Positions 30,796-40,700 of a stretch of DNA of 64,000 nucleotides are shown here, in pieces. Numbering within the stretch: position 1 is the stretch's first letter; the number at the start of each line of letters is the position of its first letter. The notes beneath the pieces were generated by a model that ran no database searches, had not been told where the DNA came from, and saw nothing but the letters and a program-made list of their open reading frames with translations. The translations under genes and the position numbers were made by a program. The stretch spans positions 224,577 to 288,576 of the forward strand of contig JAZKFH010000013.1 in assembly GCA_040386535.1 (NCBI GenBank), read 5' to 3'. This DNA is from Myxococcota bacterium (GTDB lineage: Bacteria > Myxococcota_A > UBA796 > SXON01).

Positions 30796-33506
30796 TGCGG
30801 TACGGGTTCCTGGTGCTCCTTGTGGGCTGCACGGGGGAGGACCCCAAGGAGACGGGCGTCCCGCTCGCGGGGCCCGAGCTCGTCCACGTCGAGCCGCCGG
30901 GCGTCCTCGAGGGCACGGCCACCACCATCGACGTGACCGCGACCGACGCGGACGGGGTGGCCTCGGTCACGCTGTTCCACCGGGTCGAGGGCGAGACCAC
31001 CTGGGTGCAGGCCCCGATGACCCCCGGGGAGGATGACGTCTGGACCACGACGCTCGAGTCCACCGACATCGACTCGCCGGCCGTCGAATACTACTTCAAG
31101 GCGTCGGACGCGGGGGATGCCCCGGCGATCGCCTATCTCCCCGCCGATGCCGCGTCCGAACCCTACTCGCTCCTGGTGTCGGTCGTCGGCACGCCGCTCC
31201 CCTACGTGCAGGGGTTCGAGTACGACGACACCGCGACCACCATCAACGACCTCGGGTGGGCCAACGCGAGCCTCGGCTTCCGCGGCTACGGCTGGGCGTC
31301 GAGCGCGACCGAGGCGTACGCGGGCACGCAGTCCGTCTTCCACTCGCGCGGCTACACCGGCATCGACGAGATGGAGGACTGGCTCATCTCGCCGGCGCTC
31401 GACTTCAGCGCGGTCCCCGACGCCCAGGTGACCTGGCGCGAGCTCGGGCGGTCCACCACCCAGGCGAACCACGCGCTCTACGTCAGCGTAGGCAGCCGCG
31501 ACCCGGCCGACGGCGACTACGTCGCGGTGAGCGAGCTGCTCCCGCCTCCGCAGGAGGGCGCCTGGGGGCGCTCGGCCGTGTACGACCTCTCTGCCTACGC
31601 CGGCGGGGCCACGGTGTACCTCGCATGGCGCTTCATCGGCGAGTCCTCCGACGACTGGTACCTGGACGACGTGCGGGTCGAGGCGCTCCAGCCCGATCTC
31701 GCGGTCGACACCGCCGTGTCCCCCTCGCCGATCCACCCCGGGGACAGCGGCACGTACACCGTGTCGGTGACCAACAACGGCCTCGTCGACGCGTCCGACC
31801 TCTCGCTCACCCTCACGTTCCCGGAGGGCGGCGCGTCCGTCACGGAGACGAGCGTCCCCATCACGAGCATCGCGGCGGGCGGCACCGGCACGGCCGCGTT
31901 CTCGCTCGACGTGAGCGCGGACACGCTGGACAACGCCTACGTGCCCGTCACGGTAACCATCAGCGACGCGGACGAGACCTGGACGAGCGACGAGCAGCTG
32001 CTCGTGGGCTTCATGAGCACCGCCACGATCGTCTACGCGCCGAGCGAGGCGGGTGAGCTCGATCTCGTGCTGGGCGTGGGCGATCCCGAGGCGCCGACGT
32101 GGGAGCAGGTCGTCTACGACGACGCTGCGACCGATGTCGTGAGCCTCTCGGTCGACATCACCGCCCAGCGCGCGCTCCTCCCGCCGTCCGCCGGCGACCT
32201 GCGCTGGTTCGTCCGCGCGAACGCCGAGATGGCCGGCACGTTCGAGGACTTCGTCGTGTCGTACGGCGGCGTCGACTATGCCGCGACGGTGTTGCCGACC
32301 GTACCCGCCGCCGGCGAGGCCGACGCCTTCGTCCCCGAGCCGCCCGCCTTCGACGCCGTGGTCTCGACGTCCCCGGCCCAGCTCTCCCCGGGCGACGAAG
32401 GGGTGTCGCTCGGCCTGTACGTCACGAACGACGGCGACGTGACGCAGGGCGCCGTCACGGTCACGCTCGTCTCCACCCATCCCGACCTGATCGTGACGGA
32501 CGGCGGTCCCGTCGCCCTCTCCGCCGCGCCGCTCGGCGCCGGCGAGTCCGTCAACGTCGCGGGCCTCTTCGCCTTCGACATCGCGGCCAGCCACACCGAC
32601 AGCACCCCCGTCACCTTCGATCTCGTGCTCGATGACGGCGTGGAGTCGTGGACCCTGCCCATCTCCGCCGAGGTGCCGTTCCCGTACCTCGCGGTCACCG
32701 CCATCGGCATCGACGACGACGGGCGCGACGGCGTCCTCGACGCCGACGAGAGCGCCGATCTGACGCTCGACATCACGAACCTCGGCGGCCAGTCCACCGA
32801 GGGCACGTTGTCCGCGACGCTGTCCGCCGAGTCGTCCAGCACCGCCGTCGTGAGCATCAGCACGAACGCGGAGACGCTCCGGGAGCTCACCGCGGGCCGC
32901 ACCGACAGCAACGGGGACCCCTGGGGCGTCACCGTCACGGGCGGGGCCGACGGCGACACGGTCGACCTGCTCCTCACCCTGGTGGACGAGGTGCGCGCCT
33001 ACGAGGTGCGCGCCACGCTCGTGCTCGGCGAGCCCCCCTGGGAAGAGCTCGATCCGCGCGGGGACCCCGTGGGCGACGCGCTCGCGGGCTGGGACTTCGA
33101 TCTCGTGGCCGGCCGTTACCGCGTGGACGACGGCGTCCTCCAGATCCGCCTCGAGTCCGCCACGGTCTTCGACCCCTCCTCGCTCTTCATCGAGGCGTGG
33201 GGCGAGTCGACGGTGGCCGACTGGGTGCTGTACCGCATCGTCGTGCAGTCCGGCGTGACGAGCCTCGAGGGGTACGACGGCGCCTTCACCACCATCTCGA
33301 CGCCCGGCTTGTCCTATCCGAGCCCCACCGAGGTGCAGATCGACCTCGCGCTGGCCGACATGGGCCTCTCGCTCGACACGCTCTCGCTCGGCTTCGCGTC
33401 GGGTTGGTGCGGCCCGGACGAGTACTACTGCGACCACTTCCCGGACGGATGGGGCTACCCGTACGACACGTGGAACCCGAGCGTGTTCTTCGATCTCTCC
33501 TGGTAG
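30795..33506 (+). CDS. Large acidic lipoprotein with a cleaved-adhesin/MAM-like domain and several Ig-like domains
   Basis: ATG 30795; lipobox LVGC; DWLISPALD...DLSAYAG.TVYLAWR...WYLDDV; repeated V.N.G beta-sandwich modules. Confidence 0.75.
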   Translation: MRYGFLVLLVGCTGEDPKETGVPLAGPELVHVEPPGVLEGTATTIDVTATDADGVASVTLFHRVEGETTWVQAPMTPGEDDVWTTTLESTDIDSPAVEYYFKASDAGDAPAIAYLPADAASEPYSLLVSVVGTPLPYVQGFEYDDTATTINDLGWANASLGFRGYGWASSATEAYAGTQSVFHSRGYTGIDEMEDWLISPALDFSAVPDAQVTWRELGRSTTQANHALYVSVGSRDPADGDYVAVSELLPPPQEGAWGRSAVYDLSAYAGGATVYLAWRFIGESSDDWYLDDVRVEALQPDLAVDTAVSPSPIHPGDSGTYTVSVTNNGLVDASDLSLTLTFPEGGASVTETSVPITSIAAGGTGTAAFSLDVSADTLDNAYVPVTVTISDADETWTSDEQLLVGFMSTATIVYAPSEAGELDLVLGVGDPEAPTWEQVVYDDAATDVVSLSVDITAQRALLPPSAGDLRWFVRANAEMAGTFEDFVVSYGGVDYAATVLPTVPAAGEADAFVPEPPAFDAVVSTSPAQLSPGDEGVSLGLYVTNDGDVTQGAVTVTLVSTHPDLIVTDGGPVALSAAPLGAGESVNVAGLFAFDIAASHTDSTPVTFDLVLDDGVESWTLPISAEVPFPYLAVTAIGIDDDGRDGVLDADESADLTLDITNLGGQSTEGTLSATLSAESSSTAVVSISTNAETLRELTAGRTDSNGDPWGVTVTGGADGDTVDLLLTLVDEVRAYEVRATLVLGEPPWEELDPRGDPVGDALAGWDFDLVAGRYRVDDGVLQIRLESATVFDPSSLFIEAWGESTVADWVLYRIVVQSGVTSLEGYDGAFTTISTPGLSYPSPTEVQIDLALADMGLSLDTLSLGFASGWCGPDEYYCDHFPDGWGYPYDTWNPSVFFDLSW

Positions 33507-33576
33507 GTGGCCTCCCGTCGCGTGTCTCCGTCCTTCTGGCGCTCTCGCCGGATAAGCGGGGGCGTCGGGAGAGGGG

Positions 33577-34221
33577 ATGAGCCACGGCGTGGGGATTCGA
33601 CGGACGACAGGCCTGCGGGCCGCGTCGCGCGGGGCGACGGGGAAGGTGCTGGTCCTCGTGGCCCACCCCGCCATGAACCGGTCGCGGGTGAACCGTGCCC
33701 TCGCGGACGCGATCGTCGGGATCGACGGCATCACCGTCCATGACCTGTACGACGCGTACCCCGACTTCGACATCGACGTGCGGCATGAGAAGGAGCTGCT
33801 CCTCGCGCACGAGATCGTCGTCTGGCAGCACCCGTTCTACTGGTACAGCACGCCCGCCCTCCTGAAGGAGTGGCAGGACCACGTGCTCGAGTTCGGGTGG
33901 GCCTACGGCCCCGGCGGCACCGCGCTCCGCGGCAAGACGTTTCTCCAGGTGATCACGACGGGTGGCCCGGACGCCGCCTATGCGGAGGGCGGCCACAACC
34001 GCTACACCATGCGCCAGCTGCTCGCGCCGGTCGACCAGACCATGCACCTCTGCGGGCTGCGCTCGTTGCCGCCCTTCGTGCTCCACGGGAGCCACCGCCT
34101 CGGCGAGGCCGAGATCGACGCGAGCGCCGGGCGCTACCGCACGGTCGTCGAGTCGCTGCGCGACGGGACCTACAGCACCGAGATCGGGGCCGACGAGCCC
34201 CACGCCGCGCGCGGCGCGTAG
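33577..34221 (+). CDS. kefF: Kef ancillary NAD(P)H oxidoreductase (KefF/KefG type)
   Basis: VAHP..SRVN, DLYDAYPDF.ID, QHPFYWYSTPALLKEW.D.V...GWAYG; KefF versus KefG cannot be resolved by eye. Confidence 0.85.
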   Translation: MSHGVGIRRTTGLRAASRGATGKVLVLVAHPAMNRSRVNRALADAIVGIDGITVHDLYDAYPDFDIDVRHEKELLLAHEIVVWQHPFYWYSTPALLKEWQDHVLEFGWAYGPGGTALRGKTFLQVITTGGPDAAYAEGGHNRYTMRQLLAPVDQTMHLCGLRSLPPFVLHGSHRLGEAEIDASAGRYRTVVESLRDGTYSTEIGADEPHAARGA

Positions 34222-34230
34222 GGAGCGACG

Positions 34231-36168
34231 ATGGACGCCTTCTTCCTCCAGGCCTTCGTGTACCTCGTCGCCGCGCTGGTGGTCGTGCCCATCGCGAAGC
34301 GGCTCGGGCTCGGCTCGGTGCTCGGCTACCTGCTCGCCGGGCTCCTGATCGGGCCGTGGGGCCTGCACCTCGTCGGGGACGAGGGGCAGGACGTCATGCA
34401 CTTCGCCGAGTTCGGCGTGGTCATGATGTTGTTCCTGGTCGGGCTCGAGCTCGACCCGAGCACGTTGTGGCGCCTGCGCGGCCCGATCCTCGGCCTCGGC
34501 GGGCTCCAGGTCGGGCTGACCGCCGCCGTGGTCGCGCTGATCGCGCTGGCGCTCGGTCTGCCGTGGCAGCAGGCGGTCGCGCTCGGCCTGATCGTGTCGA
34601 TGTCCTCGACAGCCATCGCGCTCCAGACGTTGGCCGAGAAGGGCCTGATGAAGAGCGACGCCGGGCAGAAGTCCTTCGCGGTGCTCCTGTTCCAGGACAT
34701 CGCGGTGATCCCCATGCTCGCGGCGTTTCCGCTGCTCGCGACCGTGGCCGTCGGCGGGGGAGGGGAGGGCGAGAGCCACGGGGGCGGGAGCTTTGTCGAC
34801 CACCTCCCGGCCTGGCAGCACGGCGCGGTCGTGCTGGGCGCAATCACAGCGGTAGTGGTCGCCGGGCGTTTCCTCGTGCGGCCGGCGATGCGGATCGTCG
34901 CCCAGACGGGCCTGCGCGAGATGTTCACCGCCGCCGCGCTCGTGCTCGTGGTGGGTGTCACCCTGCTCATGTCGCTCGTCGGCCTCTCGCCCGCGCTCGG
35001 CACCTTCCTCGCGGGCGTCGTCCTCGCCAACAGCGAGTACCGGCACGAGCTCGAGAGCGACATCGAGCCCTTCAAGGGGCTGCTCCTCGGCCTCTTCTTC
35101 ATCGCCGTCGGCTCGTCGATCGATTTTGGCCTGCTGATCGACGCGCCCGGCACCATCGCCGCGCTGCTGGTCGGCGCGATCCTCGTGAAGATCGGGGTGC
35201 TCGCCGCCCTCGGGCGCGCGTTCCGCACCAACCGCGACCAGACCGCGATCTTCGCCGTCGTCCTCGCCCAGATCGGCGAGTTCGCGTTCGTGTTGTTCTC
35301 GTTCGCGGGCCAGAGCGGGGTGCTTCCGGGCGAGATCGTCCGGCCGATGGTCGCGGTGACCGCGCTCTCGATGGCGGCCAGTCCGCTTCTCCTGGCGTTG
35401 AACGAGCGCTTCGTGCTGCCGCGGCTCGCTCCGGCCGAGGCCGCCACGCGGGAGTCCAACGTGGAGGACGAGCACAACCCGGTGATCATCGCCGGCTACG
35501 GCCGCTTCGGGCAGATTGCGGGGCGCTTCCTCCGCTCGAACGGCGTGGGCGCCACCGCGGTTGATGTCGACTCCGAGCTGATGGAGCTGCTCGCCAAGTT
35601 CGGCCAGAAGGTGTTCTACGGCGACGCCTCCCGGTTCGACCTGCTCCGCGCCGCCGGCGCCGGCACCGCGAAGCTCCTCATCGTCGCGGTGGACAACCAC
35701 GCCAAGGTGATGGAGATCGTCCACACCGCCCACAAACACTTCCCGCACCTGACGATCCTCGCCCGCGCCCGCGGCCGCACCGAGGCCTACGAGCTGCTCG
35801 ACGCCGGGGTCGACGAGGTGTACCGGGAGACCTTCGACACGTCGCTCCGCCTGGGGGTCGACGCGCTCCGCGTGCTGGGGGCCCAGGCGCACCTCGCCCA
35901 CCGGAGCGCCCGGACCTTCCGGCGCTACGACGAGGAGTCCGTGCACGAGCTCGCGGCGATCCGCCACGACCAGGCCAACCTGGTCAAGACTTCACGCGAG
36001 CGGGTCGCGGCCCTGTCCGCGGCGCTCGCGGCCGACCGCGCGGGCATCCAGGGCTTCGGCGACCACGCGTGGGACAGCGAGACGATCCGCGAGGGGCTCG
36101 GCATCCGTCCCCCGCGCGACACGCGCACGGTCGAGGGCGAGGAGGACGAGGAAGAGACCCGGGTGTAG
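34231..36168 (+). CDS. kefC: Glutathione-gated K+ efflux antiporter (KefC/KefB type, CPA2)
   Basis: AEFGVV, LLFQD, SEYRHELESDIEPFK, KTN domain GYGRFG; KefB versus KefC unresolved. Confidence 0.9.
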   Translation: MDAFFLQAFVYLVAALVVVPIAKRLGLGSVLGYLLAGLLIGPWGLHLVGDEGQDVMHFAEFGVVMMLFLVGLELDPSTLWRLRGPILGLGGLQVGLTAAVVALIALALGLPWQQAVALGLIVSMSSTAIALQTLAEKGLMKSDAGQKSFAVLLFQDIAVIPMLAAFPLLATVAVGGGGEGESHGGGSFVDHLPAWQHGAVVLGAITAVVVAGRFLVRPAMRIVAQTGLREMFTAAALVLVVGVTLLMSLVGLSPALGTFLAGVVLANSEYRHELESDIEPFKGLLLGLFFIAVGSSIDFGLLIDAPGTIAALLVGAILVKIGVLAALGRAFRTNRDQTAIFAVVLAQIGEFAFVLFSFAGQSGVLPGEIVRPMVAVTALSMAASPLLLALNERFVLPRLAPAEAATRESNVEDEHNPVIIAGYGRFGQIAGRFLRSNGVGATAVDVDSELMELLAKFGQKVFYGDASRFDLLRAAGAGTAKLLIVAVDNHAKVMEIVHTAHKHFPHLTILARARGRTEAYELLDAGVDEVYRETFDTSLRLGVDALRVLGAQAHLAHRSARTFRRYDEESVHELAAIRHDQANLVKTSRERVAALSAALAADRAGIQGFGDHAWDSETIREGLGIRPPRDTRTVEGEEDEEETRV

Positions 36169-36201
36169 GGGCCCGCGCGCTCTCTCGTCCCCTCCGCGCG
36201 T

Positions 36202-37221
36202 CTACTTCGTTTCGGGCGGGACCGCGCGCACTTCGAGCAGCTCGATGGCGGCTTCGGTGAAGCCGTCCGACGTGAGGCGGACCTCGACGCCGTCGACCCA
36301 GCGCTCCTGCAGCTCCGGCTCGACCTTGACCATCTCCTCGAACGTCGAGGCGGTCATGACGCGGGGCACCCCGGTCTTGTCCTTCTTCTCGGGCATGATC
36401 ACGCCGACCATCGTGCTGAACTCGGCGGGGATCGTGCCTTCGACAGCGATCTCCTTCGTCTCGAGCACGGCGTCGTTCTTGTCCTTGATCGTCGCGAGCA
36501 GCTTGATGTCCGTCATCTCGAACTTGGCTTCGTTCTGGATGAGGAAGGTGAAGCTGGTCAGGAACTTGTTGCCGCCTTCGGGGGCGAGCTGCCACGAGCT
36601 GTTGCGGACGTAGACGTACTTGTCCGGGTTGTACAACGGGTCGTGCGCGAACTTGTCGTTGTCGCTGCCGAAGAAGTAGGCGGGGATGACGGCGTCGAAG
36701 GACGCGTAGCCCTCCTTGCCGTCCGCCCGGAGGCGGTACCACTTGCCACGCTTGGCGAGCAGGTCGGCCTTCGAGTTCTTGGTCAGCGCGGTCACGACGG
36801 GGGAGTTCGCGTCGGGCGCCGAGTAGAGCTGGCCGTTCTCGGCGGTGACGAGCACCTCGGAGAAGGAGAGGCCGCTGCTACCGCCGATGAGCTCGAGATC
36901 GTCGGGCTGCGGGATGGTGTCGCGCAGGGACAACGCGTAGGACCACGCGCCCACGGCGGTGGCCGCGAGGAGGGCGGCGGCGCCCCAGCGGAGCACCGGG
37001 TTCATCTCCTTGGCGGGAGGCGCACCGGCGTCGTACTCCAGGTCGGCGCGGAGCGAGCCCTTGAGCTCGGGGACCTCGAGGGCATAGATCCAGTCGGACG
37101 CTCCCGGGGGCTGCACGATGTCGCCCGCGGCGAGCTCTCCGCGCTTGGCGAACCCACGGAGCTCCTCCATGTTGGCGGCGCTGTACTGCTGGCCACCTGC
37201 GTTGATCATCCAGCGGGACAT
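36202..37221 (-). CDS. Bitopic membrane protein: GYF_2-like N-terminal domain, TM helix, SH3b-like domain
   Basis: EL..F..RGEL...DIV......W...EVPEL; one TM; LYSAP..NSPVV..L...GKWYRL...GKEGY. Confidence 0.7.
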   Translation of the reverse strand: MSRWMINAGGQQYSAANMEELRGFAKRGELAAGDIVQPPGASDWIYALEVPELKGSLRADLEYDAGAPPAKEMNPVLRWGAAALLAATAVGAWSYALSLRDTIPQPDDLELIGGSSGLSFSEVLVTAENGQLYSAPDANSPVVTALTKNSKADLLAKRGKWYRLRADGKEGYASFDAVIPAYFFGSDNDKFAHDPLYNPDKYVYVRNSSWQLAPEGGNKFLTSFTFLIQNEAKFEMTDIKLLATIKDKNDAVLETKEIAVEGTIPAEFSTMVGVIMPEKKDKTGVPRVMTASTFEEMVKVEPELQERWVDGVEVRLTSDGFTEAAIELLEVRAVPPETK

Positions 37222-37337
37222 TCGACACCCTTGAGCGTGGTCGCGAAGTACCGGAAGCCAGCGGGGACGTCAAGCAAAGCTCGTGGTGGTTGACCGAGGC
37301 TTGACCCCCGACTACCTTCCTCCCGCCTCGGGTTGCC

Positions 37338-37787
37338 GTGCCTTTCAAGCCGATCCGTATTCTCATCGCCTATGACGACACCCGCGGGTTCTGCGGCGCC
37401 GTCGTGCCACGCATGAAGCAGATGCTGGAGGAGCGGGCCTTCCAGGTCGACACGTTCGTCATCGGCGGGCAAACGCCACAGGAGAGCCCCGATCTCGAGC
37501 CGTACGGCGGGATCGTCGTCGGGGCGCCGGTGCTCCGCCTGGGCCTCCGCCCCTCCACGGTCCCCCCCGCCGTCGCGGCGTTCCTCGACGGTGCCGAGGC
37601 GCTGGACGAGAAGAAGCTCGCGGTCTTCAGCGTGTTCGGCGCGTGGCCGGGCACGATGGTCGAGGCGCTCAAGCAGAAGGTGGGGGAGCTCGGGGGCGAA
37701 TGTGTGGCGGAGTACGCCTACTGGCGTCTGAAGCCCGAGTGGGGCGAGCACGTGGTGCCCGCCGAGTGCATGATCCGCATCCGCTGA
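37338..37787 (+). CDS. Flavodoxin-fold protein (HemG/Flavodoxin_5-like)
   Basis: ILIAYDDTRG, DLEPYGGIVVGAPV, KKLAVFSV. Confidence 0.65.
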   Translation: MPFKPIRILIAYDDTRGFCGAVVPRMKQMLEERAFQVDTFVIGGQTPQESPDLEPYGGIVVGAPVLRLGLRPSTVPPAVAAFLDGAEALDEKKLAVFSVFGAWPGTMVEALKQKVGELGGECVAEYAYWRLKPEWGEHVVPAECMIRIR

Positions 37788-40700
37788 TGGGGGGGCTCTA
37801 CCAGGAGGGCGCCGCGGTGGACGGGCCGGACCACCAACCCGCGCTCGTCCTCGACCCGGGGGGGGACTGGTCGATCCGGCGGGGGCCTCACCCGAGCGGT
37901 CGAACCTGCCTCTGGCTGGTCGCGCCCGAGCTGGCCACGCAGACAGGCGCGGTGGTGGACATCCTCACGCGGCTCGACCACCCCGGCGTCGCACGCCTCG
38001 TCGCCGAGGGCCACGCCTCCGGCCGCGACGTGCTCGTGCTGGAGGACCCCGGCGGCCCGTCGCTGGCGTCGTGGCGGGGGGCCCGCTGGTCCACCTCGGC
38101 GCTGCTCTCCCTCGCGGAGCAGGTCGCGAGCGCGCTCGAGGCCCTCCACGGGGTCGGGGCCGTGCACGGGCGGCTGGAGATGGAGAGCTTCGTCCTCGAG
38201 GCGGCGGCGGGAGCGGCCGTGCTCGTCGAGGTCTCCTCGTTGGCGCGGAACGTGTCGCGCGCCGAGCCGTGGGTGGGGCGGCGCGCACCCGAGCAGGCCG
38301 ACGGGCCTCCGGACGCGCGCAGCGATCTGCACGCCCTGGGCGCGATCCTCTACGAGCTCTGTACCGGGCGCCCCGTGTTCCACGCCGCCGATCCCCTGGA
38401 GCAGCGCCACCTCGCCCTCGCGAGCCGGCCCATCCCGCCCCACGTGCTCGAGCCGGGCGTGCCCGCCGGCCTCTCCGACCTTCTCCTTCGCCTGCTCGCC
38501 ACCGACCCCGCGGATCGGCACGCGAGCGCCACCGAGCTGCGCGCCGACCTCGCCGCCGCGCGTCGCGTCTTCGAGGCCCGCGAGGACATCCCCCCGCTCC
38601 GGCCGTCGGCGCCGCGGGGTGGCCTGCCGCTGGGAGCGGCCACGGACCTCATCGGCCGCGATGCCGAGCGGGGGCTGCTTCACGACGCGCTCGCGCGGGT
38701 TGCGGCCGGCGCATGCGTCCGGGTCGAGGTCGTCGGGCCCGCCGGTATCGGCAAGACGACCCTCATCGAGACGCTGCGCAGCGCGACGCTCGCCCGGGGC
38801 GGATGTTTTGGCCTCGGCCGGGTCGACCCCCTCCGCGCCCCCCGCCCGCTCGGGGCGTTGGCCGGCGCGCTCGACGAGATCGCGGCCCAGCTCGTCTCGG
38901 GAGACGCCGCTCGCCTGGAGCACGTCCGCCGCGCCGTCGCCCGCGCCGTGGGCCCCAACGGCGCGCTCATCGCCGCCCTCGGCCACCGCCTCGCGTGGCT
39001 CGTGCCCGACACGGACGGCCCTCAGCGGGACGAGGGCGTCTCCGCCGCCGCCGCGCGCCTGCTCGACACCGTCGAGCGCTTCGTGGTCGCGGTCGCCGCC
39101 GCCGCGCCGCCCCTGGTGTTGGCGCTCGACGATCTTCACCGCGCCGACGCGGAGACCACGCGCCTCTTCCGCACGTTGACCAGCGCGCAGGACGCCCGCC
39201 ACCTGCTGATCGTAGGCGGCTGGCGCCCCGACGACGACGGCGCGGCGCCGTTCAATGAGGCCGGGGCGTCCGTGACGTCGCCGACCGACCCGTCGGACGG
39301 GGGCGCCCTCCGCGTGACCCTGGCGGGATGGGGGTCCGAGACGCTCGTCCAGGCCATCCGAGTGGCCTACGGGGACCTCGGCGCTGGCGAAGCGCCCCTG
39401 TCCCGCCTCGTCCAGCGGCGGACGCAGGGCAACCCGTTGTTCGTCCGGGCCTGGCTGCGGCATCTCCAGGCGGCCGGCGCGATCGTCCCCGATGCCCTCG
39501 GCGGACGCCGGGTCGACCTCGGATTGGCCGCCACCCTGGACGTGGGCGTCGGCGTCGCGGGCATGCTCGTGAAGCAGCTGCAGGCGCTCCCGGAGGACGT
39601 TCGCAGCCTGCTCGCGGTGGGCGCGCGCATCGGCGGCACGTTCCCGTCCGGCCTCGCGGGGCGGGCGCTCGACCGGGAGGACGCCGAGGCCCGCCTCGCC
39701 CTCGCGGCCGACGCGGGGATCCTCTCCCGTGTGGACGACGGGTGCTGGCGCTTCCTGCACGATCGCCTCCAGCAGGCCGCGCTCGAGCTGCTGGACGGGG
39801 CCGCCGCGGCGCCGCTCCACGCGCGGCTGGGCGCGCTGCTCTTCGCCGCGTTGGACCCCGAGCCCGAGGCCGAGCCGCTGCTGCGGGCGGTGCACCAGCG
39901 CCTGTTGGGCGTCTCCGCCCTCCACGCGCCGTCCGAGCGGGCCGAGCTCGTCCGGTCCTGCCTGCGGGCGGCGCGGGTCGCGCGGACGACCGGGGCGTTC
40001 GCGGCCGCGCTGGGCTTCGTCGACGGCGCGGTGGCGCTCCTGCGGGACCCCGCGCTGCGGCTTCCGGACGAGGCCGCCGCCCTCTACCTGGAGGGCGCGC
40101 GCGCGGCCGTCCTCGCGGCGCCCGACCGCGTCGACACGCTGATCGACGCGTTGCTGGCCGAGACGACCGACCCCGAGATCGTCGCGACCGCGCTGGAGCT
40201 CCGCGTCGATCACGAGGTGTCCCGCGGCGACACGAACGCCGCGCTCGTCGCGACGCGCGTCGCGTTGGAACGCCTCGGCTACCACCTCCCCGAGCGGGTC
40301 GGCAAGGGGCACGTCGTGCTCTCGCTCCTCCGCGCGAAGTTCGCCCTTCGCGGGCGCACCCCCGCGATGTTGCTCGCGTTGCCCGAGGTCACCGACGCGC
40401 GGGCCGCCGCGGCGCTCCGCGTGCTCCTGCGTGCCTCGACCGCGGCGTACCTCGCGGATCCCGACCTCTTCGCCTTCTTGTGCGGGGAGATGGTGCGGCT
40501 GGGGCTCCGCGCGGGCGCGTGCCCAGGCACCGCCTGGGGCGTCCTGGTGTTCGCGATCCTCCAGTCGACCGCCCTGCGCGACCCGGCCGGGGGCTACCGC
40601 CTCGGCGAGGCCGCGTGCGCGATGCTCGCGCGGTACGCACCGCACGGGCTCGCGGCGAAGACCGGCTCCGTCTGGTACGCCACCCAGCATCCCACGCACC

